Source: Armatimonadota bacterium (GTDB lineage Bacteria > Armatimonadota > Hebobacteria > CAIYQO01). From it: DNA of 64,000 nt. Positions 1 through 9,420 of this stretch are shown piece after piece. The stretch spans positions 70,946 to 134,945 of the forward strand of contig JBBRXO010000001.1 of assembly GCA_038248345.1 (NCBI GenBank). Reading direction: 5' to 3'. The position numbers and the translations under genes are program-made. The first letter of the stretch is position 1. The number at the start of each line of letters is the position of its first letter. The notes under the pieces were generated by a model that worked only from the letters and a program-made list of their open reading frames with translations, did not search any database and was not told where the DNA came from.

Positions 1-161
1 TGCAACGCTCCTAATTTTCTCCAACAAAATTAGCTGATGAAATTATCAACAGCGCTGGCTATCTACACCTCGAAGTGGCGAAAGCCTTATGCCACGGTAA
101 AGCAGATACCAAGTGGGCACGAAATCAGTGGATACGATTACGAAATGAAGAGGCCCGACTA

Positions 162-896
162 TCACCCCAAACAAAGAACAACATTAACCACATGCTGGGC
201 ATGGTCATTATCTACCAGACCCAAGTAGACCAGGTATAAGCCGGCGGCCAGCACGATAGCCCCACTTAGGCGCCAGATTAGCAGACGGTAGCCGCGTTGT
301 TCCAGCGTCTCTACCAGTTTGCGCGCCCTGGTCATGGCCACGGCGACGAACATGATGGCGAGGCCGGTGGTGAGGGCGTACAGGGTAAAGAGCGCCGCGC
401 CCAGCACCGGGCCGCGCGCGCCACTGGTGAGTGCCAGGTAAATGGGGATATTTGTCGGGCAGGGGATAGCCATGCTCATCACCCCCAGCATGAACATCGC
501 GCTGAAGGTACCGGCATGCGCCAGCTTCACCTCTTCACCGGTATGGCAATGCTCGTTACAGAGGTGATCAATCGCGTGGTGTACCGACAGTGGGCGTATC
601 AGGAAGATGATGCCACTGACAACCAGCAACATTCCCATGCCCAGCTCAATATAGCGGTGCAATTATTGGGGAACGTGATCAATCAACCAACCGAGTATCA
701 GGCCACCCAGCAAAGCCGTGACGACCATACCTAGGGTGAAGAATGCTGCCACCTTCAGCATCATCTTCGTCTTCATGCCTCCCAAAGCAAAGGGAAGAAG
801 TACCAACCAAGAGTGCCCGTGGGGAGTTAAACCGTGGAGCAGGCCCCAGAATATAGCCAAAAAAATGAGACCGAGAATGTCTCCAGGAATATACAT
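162..896 (-). pseudogene. Ni/Co transporter (RcnA/NicO/DsbD_2-like) interrupted by an in-frame TAA at 663-665
   Basis: ORFs 663..896 and 162..662 share one frame and are separated only by TAA. The joined product has GLLHGLTPHGH, a His-rich loop (HHAIDHLCNEHCH), an AIPCP motif and several TM helices. Confidence 0.7.
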
Positions 897-974
897 TAGT
901 ATTTACCTTCCGAATGGTCTTTCGGCGATTTACACACGGGGGCGTCAAAAGCCTTCTGTACCGATCATTTCGCG

Positions 975-2381
975 TTATTTCCCCACACAAAAACGGGAGA
1001 AGATCTCCGCAATTACTTCTTCGCCGGTGTCATCACCGGTAATTTCGCCCAGCGCCATGGCAGACTCACGCAGGTCAACTGCCAGCAGCTCTTCCGTGCC
1101 GCCTTCTTGCAGCGTTGCCAGCGTACGCGCTAACGCTTCGGCACCCCGGCCAGCTGCTTCATGCTGCCGTTCGGTAGCCAGCGCCGGTGAGGAGATTATT
1201 ACCTCGTCACCCAGCAACATCCGCCGTAATGCTGCCTGCAAGCTTGGCAAACCCGCACCCGTGAGCGCTGAAACATACTCAACAGGCGTGTTATCATACG
1301 TACGAATCACTTCTTCCGTCAAGACGACGGGCAGGTCGGCCTTGTTTACCACCAACAAATGCGGGCGATTTTGCACCTGTTCCAGCAACTGTAGATCCTC
1401 TACAGAGAAGGGCTGGCTGCCATCACAAATCAGCATTATCAGGTCGGCGCTGGCCAGCGAGGCACGACTGCGGGCGACGCCGATCTTCTCCACCACGTCA
1501 TGTGTGTGGCGGATGCCCGCGGTGTCCACCAGCCGCACCGGGATTCCGCCCAGATCGTAACCCTCTTCAATAACATCACGCGTGGTGCCCGGAACATCCG
1601 TGACAATGGCGCGCGCCTCGCCCAGTAAAGCGTTGAGCAAACTGGATTTACCGGTGTTAGTACGGCCGATCAACGCCAGCACCGCACCCTCGCGGAGCAA
1701 TTTGCCGCGCGTGTAGCTCGCGGTCAACTTATTCACTTCCGCACTTAACGCTGAAAGCTCGGTATATACCTCCTCCGTGGTGAGGAAAGTGATATCTTCT
1801 TCGGCGAAATCTATCGCCGCTTCAATAGATGCCAACAAGCAGATAATGCGCCCGCGAATTTCCCGTACCTGCATTCCCAGCGCCCCGGCCAGCCGGGTTT
1901 GCGCGGCGCGCAGTCCGGCGTCGGTATGGGCGCGGATTGTGTCCATTACCGCTTCGGCCTGGGTGAGGTCAATACGCCCGTTAATAAATGCCCGCTGGGT
2001 GAACTCCCCCGCCGCCGCCGGAGTCACCCCCAGGTGATAGAGCAGCTTGAGTATCTCGCGTAGCGGTTCGCGCCCACCATGCGCGGATATCTCCACCACA
2101 TCCTCACGCGTGTAACTGTGCGGAGCACGCATCACCGAGAGTAAAACCTCATCGATGATTTCACCACTCTCAGGATTCACTATATGCCCGTAATAGAGCC
2201 GATAAGGGGCAGGATTTGCGAGCGCACTGCCGTCAGCACGCCGGAATAGTTGCTGCGCAATCGCTACCGCGTCGGTGCCTGATATTCTGATAATGCCAAT
2301 GCCGCCTTCTCCTACGGGGGTGGAGAGGGCGGCAATGGTATCGGGATCAGGAATCCATGCGTCATCAGTTGATCGGTCCAT
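975..2381 (-). CDS. mnmE: tRNA modification GTPase MnmE/TrmE
   Basis: DTIAALSTP-GEGGIGIIRISG, SYTREDVVEI, GRTNTGKSS, GTTRD, DTAG, NKAD and C-terminal FCVGK. Confidence 0.97.
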   Translation of the reverse strand: MDRSTDDAWIPDPDTIAALSTPVGEGGIGIIRISGTDAVAIAQQLFRRADGSALANPAPYRLYYGHIVNPESGEIIDEVLLSVMRAPHSYTREDVVEISAHGGREPLREILKLLYHLGVTPAAAGEFTQRAFINGRIDLTQAEAVMDTIRAHTDAGLRAAQTRLAGALGMQVREIRGRIICLLASIEAAIDFAEEDITFLTTEEVYTELSALSAEVNKLTASYTRGKLLREGAVLALIGRTNTGKSSLLNALLGEARAIVTDVPGTTRDVIEEGYDLGGIPVRLVDTAGIRHTHDVVEKIGVARSRASLASADLIMLICDGSQPFSVEDLQLLEQVQNRPHLLVVNKADLPVVLTEEVIRTYDNTPVEYVSALTGAGLPSLQAALRRMLLGDEVIISSPALATERQHEAAGRGAEALARTLATLQEGGTEELLAVDLRESAMALGEITGDDTGEEVIAEIFSRFCVGK

Positions 2382-2694
2382 CTTCCTCCCGCATTAATAA
2401 CAATGCCTCTTGGATGGAGAAGATACACATGCCATATTGATCCTCTAACCAATCGCGAACATCGAGAATCTCCTCATCATAAGTGATGAAGTATGGCGGT
2501 TTGCAATGTCGCAACGAAGTAATCGCAAACTGTCGTACTGAACTGGGAATTCCAGGCTCACGTTCCATGTCCTGCAATCCGAGGCGTTCCAATTCCAGTA
2601 TTCGCTGCTCCAACAGCGCGGACGGTGGTGCTGGGTAATTCGCACACTGGTCGTGTAAAACCATCTGTAAATCTAGAGTTTTCAGTTTTTCCAT
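2365..2694 (-). CDS. hypothetical protein (109 aa)
   Basis: AGGAGG RBS upstream of the ATG; overlaps the mnmE start; no recognisable motif. Confidence 0.6.
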   Translation of the reverse strand: MEKLKTLDLQMVLHDQCANYPAPPSALLEQRILELERLGLQDMEREPGIPSSVRQFAITSLRHCKPPYFITYDEEILDVRDWLEDQYGMCIFSIQEALLLMREEDGPIN

Positions 2695-2889
2695 GTCCTT
2701 CGCCTCCTTTCGTTAGTATTTAAAACGATCTCCGTCACCGTTTCTGTCATATTTTTTTGCTATTCTCTTATATACCATATATTCGGTAACATCAACCGTA
2801 ACACCTTCTTCTTACCCTATGTATAATACGATTAAACTGCTACGAAGTTGCTGAAGATTAAGAATCATTAATAAACAACCAGTACTATG

Positions 2890-4092
2890 TCAGACAAGTC
2901 GCACATATAAATTCCCCGGACGCCGCTGTACCAGACCCTTCAGTTCCAACATCAATAAAGCAGCATTCACCTTACCGGCGGGCAAGCTGGTCTTCTCGGC
3001 TATATCATCTACGTGGCGGGCAGTGGAGTTAAGCTGATTCAATACAGCTTCTTCTTCGGGCGGCAATGGGGGGAGTGGTTTCGCCGCAGGCGCAGGCGCC
3101 ACTACGGGACGCCGTTTCGGTTTTGGTGTGGGTGCTTCCGGCACAGGTATGCGTGTCTCTTCCACTGTTGCCAGGGCATCCCAATCCGGCCCGGCCAGCG
3201 GGGTGGTAGCAGGACGCGAGGGGGCGATGCCCAGGGGTAACTCCTCCAGGATGTCCTCCACGGACATCACCAGCTTGGCGCCGTTGCGAATCAACTCATG
3301 GGTGCCGCGGCTCTGCGGGCTGTCCATCCCGCCCGGCACGGCGAAGACCTCCCGCCCCTGTTCGGCGGCGTGGTCGGCGGTGATGAGCGCACCACTTTTT
3401 ATGGGTGCTTCCACTACCACTACTCCCAGTGAAAGTGCGCTGATAATGCGGTTGCGTATCGGGAAACTGATCTTCGTCGGCGGCGTACCCAATGGATATT
3501 CACTCACGATTGCACCGGCAGCAGCAATACGCGGGTAAAGGCCAGCATTCTCCGGTGGATAGATGTAATCCAGCCCACAGCCGAAGACGGCGATGGTACG
3601 CCCACCCGCCCGCAATGCACCCTCATGTGCTGCCGTGTCGGCCCCCAGTGCCATACCGCTAATGATGGTGATACCTTGTTTCACAAGCCCCGCAGCCAGC
3701 TCTGACGCCGCATGACGCCCATAGGGGGAGGCGCTGCGCGAGCCGACGATTGCCACCGCGCGAGCGTCCGCGGGCAAATAGGTGCCTTTGATGAAGATGA
3801 CACCCGGGGGATCGCTTATTGTGCGCAGTCGCGCCGGATAATCTGTATCAGTGACGCCGTACATATGGATTCCCAGCTTTTGTAACTGGGCCAGCTCATT
3901 GCTGAAGTCACGCCCGGCGACCTTTAATAATCGCTCAGCTCCCTCGCGGGTTAATTTACAATTCAGCGCCCAATCACGCGGTGAGGCGGCAAAGATCGCC
4001 TCCGGCCGCTGGTAAACCTCCAGCAGCCGCATTATCGCCCGCGCTCCCAACTGCGCCGTCGCCAGCGCGTACCAGGCATTTTTCGCATCCAT
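2890..4092 (-). CDS. dprA: DNA-processing protein DprA/Smf
   Basis: YPARLRTISDPP, VAIVGSR, SGMALGAD, FPIRNRIISALS, SGALITA and a C-terminal winged helix (LLMLELKG). Confidence 0.96.
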   Translation of the reverse strand: MDAKNAWYALATAQLGARAIMRLLEVYQRPEAIFAASPRDWALNCKLTREGAERLLKVAGRDFSNELAQLQKLGIHMYGVTDTDYPARLRTISDPPGVIFIKGTYLPADARAVAIVGSRSASPYGRHAASELAAGLVKQGITIISGMALGADTAAHEGALRAGGRTIAVFGCGLDYIYPPENAGLYPRIAAAGAIVSEYPLGTPPTKISFPIRNRIISALSLGVVVVEAPIKSGALITADHAAEQGREVFAVPGGMDSPQSRGTHELIRNGAKLVMSVEDILEELPLGIAPSRPATTPLAGPDWDALATVEETRIPVPEAPTPKPKRRPVVAPAPAAKPLPPLPPEEEAVLNQLNSTARHVDDIAEKTSLPAGKVNAALLMLELKGLVQRRPGNLYVRLV

Positions 4093-4101
4093 TATTCATA
4101 A

Positions 4102-4128
4102 ATTCGTGCTAGCCGGGAGAAATCCTTT
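4102..4128 (-). promoter_or_regulatory. sigmaH-like promoter (AAAGGA-N17-GAAT) upstream of dprA
   Basis: Matches the B. subtilis sigmaH consensus RNAGGA...GAAT; the same motif recurs upstream of other genes here. Confidence 0.55.
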
Positions 4129-4171
4129 TTTGCACTCTCAAACAAGCCCAGTCCAGAGCTGCATATTCCTT

Positions 4172-4240
4172 CAACTCTGGACTTGGAACTTGGCCTGTCC
4201 GCCATAGCCTGGAGGGCGAAGGCGGAAACTTGGAACTATT
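4172..4240. repeat. TTGGAAC heptamer units with an embedded REP-like hairpin (CCTGTCCGCCATAGCC...GGCGAAGGCGGA)
   Basis: Read directly; the same heptamer occurs at 32484-32580 and 60548-60591. Confidence 0.75.
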
Positions 4241-4999
4241 TTACGCCAATCCGCGTGCTTTCAAGTTGGCCATGCTGATAGCGACGCTCTCCAACGGCGA
4301 ATGATTTTTGCAGTCATCCTGTTCTACGATGAACCATTCGGTGCCCGCAGCCGCAGCGGCCGGGAGGATACTGTCCCAATTAAGGATTCCCTCGCCGAAT
4401 TCCGCGAAATTCTGCTTGTCAGCCGCCATATCTTTGATGTGCAATAACGGCACGCGTCCGGTATATTTCTGTACTTCGGCAGTAGCGTCAAGGCCGGCGC
4501 GGGTGACCCAAAATAGATCCAGCTCATTTAGCGCCAGCGTTGGATCGGTATTTTCGGCCAGCAATTCCATGCCCGTCTTGCCATCGAAAACCTGATACTC
4601 GAAATCATGGTTGTGGTAAGCCAGTCCCAGACCAGCGGCTTTCAACACTATCGCGTACTCATTGATGCTACATGCTGTCTTAATCCAGGCTGCTGCTGAA
4701 TTACGAATATCGTCAGACAAATAGGGAATGACGACATAGGGATTGCCAAGTTCTAAATGGTATTCAATCACCTCGTTGATATTTTCCGCCAGTTGATCAA
4801 TACCGGTATGCGCCCCGCAAGTGCGCATGTTCAAGTCTTCCAACAGACTTTTCAACTCTGCTGCTGGCAGATTGCCGAACCCTGCAAACTCTACACCGGC
4901 GTAGCCAAGTGCCGCGACTTTTTTTAACGTGCCGACGAAATCGGAGGATGTCTCGTTTCGCAGGGTATACAACTGCAATCCGATAGGAATATTTGTCAT
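4241..4999 (-). CDS. sugar phosphate isomerase/epimerase (xylose isomerase-like TIM barrel)
   Basis: IGLQLYTLR, GYAGVEFAG, LAYHNHDFE, ELDLFW, LLHIKD, IVEQD. Confidence 0.9.
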   Translation of the reverse strand: MTNIPIGLQLYTLRNETSSDFVGTLKKVAALGYAGVEFAGFGNLPAAELKSLLEDLNMRTCGAHTGIDQLAENINEVIEYHLELGNPYVVIPYLSDDIRNSAAAWIKTACSINEYAIVLKAAGLGLAYHNHDFEYQVFDGKTGMELLAENTDPTLALNELDLFWVTRAGLDATAEVQKYTGRVPLLHIKDMAADKQNFAEFGEGILNWDSILPAAAAAGTEWFIVEQDDCKNHSPLESVAISMANLKARGLA

Positions 5000-5088
5000 T
5001 GTTCTTCTCCTTCAACGAGGGTCATTAGCCCTCAACAACTATATCTTCTCTCTTAACCACTATGTTCCTTCTTGCTGGCAAAAAAATA

Positions 5089-6246
5089 CTAGCATCCCTT
5101 TTCCAGGCATTCTGCCGAAAACCAGGTGGTTATCTGGCATTCAGCGGGGCTGCCGAATAATATCCGCCCCTGCAGCGAAAACTCAACCAGTCCGACAAGG
5201 ATTTCACGGCTCAGGGGGGACATCTGTTTATGTGCGCAAGGACTTTCGTTGGAATTGCTCAGCTCGATGCAAATCAACCCCTCTTCCTGTTTCATTTTTA
5301 TCAACGGTTGGCATGGATGGGGACAATTGGCAATACATTGAAAGATATGCACTACTAGTTCTGTTAACACCAGCGCCAGGTATATTGATCGGCTCTGATT
5401 GATAAGCACTTCGGAATCAGCTTGCATCAATCGGCTGGTGATATTCTGCTGAAAAAGTGAGGAGATGGAGCTGATGATACCACTGGATAATTCGCTGATC
5501 TCAATACATCCGTCTTTATCCTGCAATACCAGATTATATACCAAGGTCAGGCTTCTGATGCGCGCCAGGGTGATGATCAAGCGATCGCGTTCACCGGTGG
5601 ATGCCTGCATCATCTCCATCTCCAGCAGGGCACAAATAATGGCCATACTATTGCGCACCCGGTGATTCAACTCCGCCCACATTCGTTGGCGTTCTTCAGC
5701 ACTGATAGCTGTCGCTGGGTCGGTGACGCTACGGGCCAATGCCAGGGAAAACATAGACGATAGTTGCACAATTACCGCGTTATCCTGCGCCGTAAATCGA
5801 CTGCGTTTGGTGCGTAATAGCGCCAGCGTGCCGAGAGTTAGGCCATCATTAAGCAGGGAAACCTCGCAGAGATATGGGATGCCGCGGGCATTAAGCAGCG
5901 CCATATACGGGCTATTGGCGTCACGATAGCTGAAAATGCGAAATGCTACTTTTATCTCCCGGTTCACCTGCGGAGCAGGCATCACCTGGAGCAATTTCGT
6001 CAGTATTTCCGCCGGCGGCACTGGCCAACCGATGATCTTATCCGGGGTGGGCGAACCAGTGAGCCAGAGAACCGCTAGCTGGCAATCGGAGGCGTCCAAA
6101 ACCGCGCGCAGTCCGCGCTCAATAATTGTCTTGCGCTCCACTACCCCAATCAACTCATGGGCGACTGAATTAAGCGCCTGAGATAGGCGATTTGCAGATG
6201 CGGGCACCGCAGACACAGTTGCGGATATCTCCGGGCTGCTGTCCAT
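5089..6246 (-). CDS. GAF-like + HisKA_2 histidine-kinase-like protein with a degenerate ATPase domain
   Basis: H-box ELNHRVRNSM and ARIRSL; the N-box reads ELVVHIFQC and there is no DxGxG. Confidence 0.75.
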   Translation of the reverse strand: MDSSPEISATVSAVPASANRLSQALNSVAHELIGVVERKTIIERGLRAVLDASDCQLAVLWLTGSPTPDKIIGWPVPPAEILTKLLQVMPAPQVNREIKVAFRIFSYRDANSPYMALLNARGIPYLCEVSLLNDGLTLGTLALLRTKRSRFTAQDNAVIVQLSSMFSLALARSVTDPATAISAEERQRMWAELNHRVRNSMAIICALLEMEMMQASTGERDRLIITLARIRSLTLVYNLVLQDKDGCIEISELSSGIISSISSLFQQNITSRLMQADSEVLINQSRSIYLALVLTELVVHIFQCIANCPHPCQPLIKMKQEEGLICIELSNSNESPCAHKQMSPLSREILVGLVEFSLQGRILFGSPAECQITTWFSAECLEKGC

Positions 6247-7412
6247 TATACCGGGTTGACCGGGCTGCCATTGATGCGCAGCTCGTAGTGAAGATGCGGC
6301 CCGGTGGATTGTCCGGTGCTGCCGACATTACCGATGAACTGCCGAGAACTAACGGTCTGCCCTTCGCGGACACCGATAGACGACATATGCCCATAGAGGG
6401 TGACACGGTTATTGCCGTGGTCGATCATCACGCAGTTGCCATATCCGCCTCGCCAGGAGGCGCAGATGACGACGCCAGCGCCCGCCGCATAAATAGGGGT
6501 GCCACTGGGAGCGCCGATGTCCACGCCCGTGTGCATCTTATATACATGCAAAATAGGGTGCATCCGCATCCCGAAGGGGCTGCCGAGGCGGCCATTGCAG
6601 GGTAAATTCCCGCTTATGCTGGCATTGCCACTATAGCGCACTCCGCCGCCACCAGATTTGGCCATATAGGCGCGTCGTTGTAATTCTGCAGTGATACTAT
6701 TACTGGCATCCTCTTCTTTTTTTAAATCGGCTTCCGCAATCTTGGCATCAACTTGCACGGCGTTCAATTGTACGGATACCTGATTGCGTTGCTGGGTGGT
6801 ACGCGCAGTTATCAGGGCTAGATTGGCACGCGCCACCTCGGCTTCATTAGTCCTTTTCTCTACCAATGATACTTGCTGGGCCACGGCATCCTGCTTGGTT
6901 TTTAGATCAGCCAGTATTGCTTTGTCGCGATCCATCAGGAATTTGGCTAGATTCGCTCGCTGCAAGAGATCGCCGAAATCTTTGGAGGAGAGCAACAAGT
7001 CCATATATCCCTGGTCACCGCGCTCATAGATATGCACAAGCCGCGCTTTTGCTTCGGTACGTGCTTCTTCAAACTGCGTACGCACTGTTGCTAATTCCCG
7101 ATTAGCCTGCTGCAATTCGTACTGAGCCCGCTGAAAGACTAACGTCGCCGCCTGCAGGTCATTCTTTTCCGCATCCAAGCGCGTCTGCACTGCGTTCAAT
7201 TGTGACTGCGTCTGTGCCTCTTTGGCATGTAAGGCGTCTATCTTCTCCCGTTTCGCGTTCATGCTATTCTGAATAGCAGCACGCTTCTTTTGCAGCTCCT
7301 GCACCGAGGATGCGCCATAGAGCAATGCCGGGCCTAGCAGCGCAAAGATGAGTGTCAAAACAACTATCTGCGCTGGACGGGAATTAGTTTTTATCATATT
7401 CATCGGTATCAT
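6246..7412 (-). CDS. M23 peptidase / murein hydrolase activator (EnvC-like coiled coil + M23)
   Basis: Signal/TM segment, long coiled coil, HTGVD, YGH, STGPHLHYE. Confidence 0.93.
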   Translation of the reverse strand: MIPMNMIKTNSRPAQIVVLTLIFALLGPALLYGASSVQELQKKRAAIQNSMNAKREKIDALHAKEAQTQSQLNAVQTRLDAEKNDLQAATLVFQRAQYELQQANRELATVRTQFEEARTEAKARLVHIYERGDQGYMDLLLSSKDFGDLLQRANLAKFLMDRDKAILADLKTKQDAVAQQVSLVEKRTNEAEVARANLALITARTTQQRNQVSVQLNAVQVDAKIAEADLKKEEDASNSITAELQRRAYMAKSGGGGVRYSGNASISGNLPCNGRLGSPFGMRMHPILHVYKMHTGVDIGAPSGTPIYAAGAGVVICASWRGGYGNCVMIDHGNNRVTLYGHMSSIGVREGQTVSSRQFIGNVGSTGQSTGPHLHYELRINGSPVNPV

Positions 7413-7476
7413 TATCTCCTACAAAACCATTCGGTTCTATCGGTTATCATGGGTGTAACCACACCACGATGAGTTT

Positions 7477-7505
7477 ACTATACCACTGGAGCGAGTAGTC
7501 TGCAA
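7477..7505 (-). promoter_or_regulatory. sigma70-type promoter TTGCAG-N17-TATAGT for the M23/kinase operon
   Basis: Consensus-like boxes with a 17-nt spacer, ~65 nt upstream of the ATG. Confidence 0.55.
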
Positions 7506-7531
7506 CATTTCGAGGATTATTGCGCAACGAA

Positions 7532-8524
7532 TCAAAAATGTGTGAACCCCCACGGAAGTTCAGTTTCCCCGTCTACGGCGCTCAACAAGAGCTCACTGCT
7601 CGCTGTCATTACCCCGATCCGGGTCACCTCCAGCGGTGCCAGCAAGGTGCGTAATTCGGCTTCGGCATCGGGGGAAGCGGTGAACATCAATTCAAAATCT
7701 TCTCCGCCCGTAAGAGCAAGTTTCAGTGGATCACCAGTGTTCAGCCAGCTACAGGCCTTGTTTACTACCGCAGCTATCGGGATTGCCTGCGAATCGATGC
7801 TAACCCCCACCCCGCTGGCGCGGCACATGCGGTGGATGTCCGTGGCCACACCATCGCTTAGATCCATCATCGCCGAGACTAATCCACTACACGCCAGCGC
7901 GCGCCCGGCGGCAAGTCGGGGTATGGGGCGAAGTTGCCCGTCCACGGCATTCGCCATCTCAATGGGTATTTCACGCCCTGAATCCAGGAGTTGCAGGCCA
8001 GCGGCAGCACGACCGAGTGTTCCGGTAACATACAGGGCATCGCCGGCGCGGGCACCAACGCGGGTGAGCATTTCATCTGCCGCTACCCGGCCATGTACTG
8101 TCAGACTCAACACCAGCGGGCCGCTACTGCGTACGGTATCGCCACCGATGATATCCACCTTGGCTTCTCTTGCTAATTCCGCCATGCCGGTGTAAATCTG
8201 TTCTACCATTTCGGGGGTCACCGAATTCGGAATTGCGATAGCGATGACAGCATCAGTAGGAGTGCCGCCCATGGCGGCGATATCGGAGAGGTTCTGCGCC
8301 AACGCCTTCCACCCCAAAGCGGGCAAGTTGCGCCAGCTAAGGCGAAAATGGACATCTTCCATGAGCATATCAGTAGTGATCAGTAATAACTCGCCAGCAG
8401 GCAAAGCCACCGCGGCGGCGTCATCCCCTATACTAAGGTATGTATGCTCTACTACCGGCAGCAACTTGGACAGGCGCATGATCAGCGCGTCCTCACCGGA
8501 ACTATCGTTGTCACGCGTGGCTAT
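7532..8524 (-). CDS. thiL: thiamine-monophosphate kinase (probable ATA start at 8524; first ATG at 8479)
   Basis: IGDDAA, TTDMLMEDVHF, NLSDIAAMGG, GGDT, MMDLSDG, GGEDFEL; an in-frame GEDALI motif lies upstream of the ATG. Confidence 0.95.
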   Translation of the reverse strand: MATRDNDSSGEDALIMRLSKLLPVVEHTYLSIGDDAAAVALPAGELLLITTDMLMEDVHFRLSWRNLPALGWKALAQNLSDIAAMGGTPTDAVIAIAIPNSVTPEMVEQIYTGMAELAREAKVDIIGGDTVRSSGPLVLSLTVHGRVAADEMLTRVGARAGDALYVTGTLGRAAAGLQLLDSGREIPIEMANAVDGQLRPIPRLAAGRALACSGLVSAMMDLSDGVATDIHRMCRASGVGVSIDSQAIPIAAVVNKACSWLNTGDPLKLALTGGEDFELMFTASPDAEAELRTLLAPLEVTRIGVMTASSELLLSAVDGETELPWGFTHF

Positions 8525-8970
8525 TGTTTTGCCTCTGGTCCCAGATAAACGATCTTCCAGACGCCGTTAGTCTCTTTCAGATACATGCGGATACTGCCCT
8601 CAAAGCCGACGGAGGCAATGCCGGAAGGACGATCAATACTGGGGCCATTCTGGTCAAGCTTCAATGTAGTCAATTGCTTGTTCGTCCATTCATATTTGTT
8701 GGTACGAGAAAAGGCCGCATCCGGGATGATTGCCCCACCCTGGCAGTTCATATTCGTCAGCCTGCCATTGGCGGTTTTGACAATGGTAATAAACGCCGGG
8801 TCAACCAGTTTTTCCACCGCGGCGCCATCTTCATCTTTCACCGCTTGCGTAAAACTGCTAATTACTAATACCGCTGGTTCTTTTTTTACCGCGTTAGAGG
8901 AAAACATAGCAAACCCCACCGCCACCAGCAAAATAGCTCCGAAAACAACAACAATAGTCCATGAACGCAT
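8521..8970 (-). CDS. hypothetical membrane-anchored protein
   Basis: GGAGG RBS, N-terminal hydrophobic helix, stop overlaps the thiL start region. Confidence 0.75.
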   Translation of the reverse strand: MRSWTIVVVFGAILLVAVGFAMFSSNAVKKEPAVLVISSFTQAVKDEDGAAVEKLVDPAFITIVKTANGRLTNMNCQGGAIIPDAAFSRTNKYEWTNKQLTTLKLDQNGPSIDRPSGIASVGFEGSIRMYLKETNGVWKIVYLGPEAKQ

Positions 8971-9064
8971 AATAGATCCTCCACTAGATGATCGCTACGA
9001 CTATTATAGCGCAAACCGGCGTATACGGGGAATATGGGGAGCAGCGGAATGTTGTTGCCATGCG

Positions 9065-9084
9065 CGTATGACAAATGGCACACG
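9065..9084. promoter_or_regulatory. imperfect palindrome, probable operator of the TA operon
   Basis: CGTATGACAAATGGCACACG is self-complementary at 14/20 positions, 30 nt upstream of the antitoxin ATG. Confidence 0.5.
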
Positions 9085-9114
9085 TTATGTTCTAATACTA
9101 GCGAGGTTGAAGAT

Positions 9115-9420
9115 ATGAGCGCCGTTGCTACAAAAACAGAACGATTGTCCTGCCGGATAACCCCCGAGCATAAGCGTTTGCTGGAGCATGTGGCCGCCCG
9201 GCACGGGATGAACGTGAGCGATTACTTCATCACATTGGCAGTTGAGTATGCAAACCGTGAGTTGACCGATGAACTTGTCATCAGGGTTCCGCGTGCAGAA
9301 TGGGATAATCTGTTAACTTCATTGGAATCCGGCTCTGGCCCCAATGAGAAACTCAAGGCCGCTGCTCGTGAATTTGCCGCTGGCGCTTTTGATGGTGATG
9401 TATATCATGCTCCAGATTGA
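9115..9420 (+). CDS. DUF1778 ribbon-helix-helix antitoxin (TacA/AtaR-like)
   Basis: TERLSCRI...MNVSDY...PNEKLKAA; GAGG RBS; overlaps the downstream GNAT gene. Confidence 0.88.
   Translation: MSAVATKTERLSCRITPEHKRLLEHVAARHGMNVSDYFITLAVEYANRELTDELVIRVPRAEWDNLLTSLESGSGPNEKLKAAAREFAAGAFDGDVYHAPD

Noticed and set aside
1..239. Plus-strand open frames at the window start
   Set aside because: Short, overlapping the transporter 3' end, and lacking a supportable start or motif
663..665. Selenocysteine/pyrrolysine or genetic-code reassignment
   Set aside because: The codon is TAA, which terminates many genes in this window
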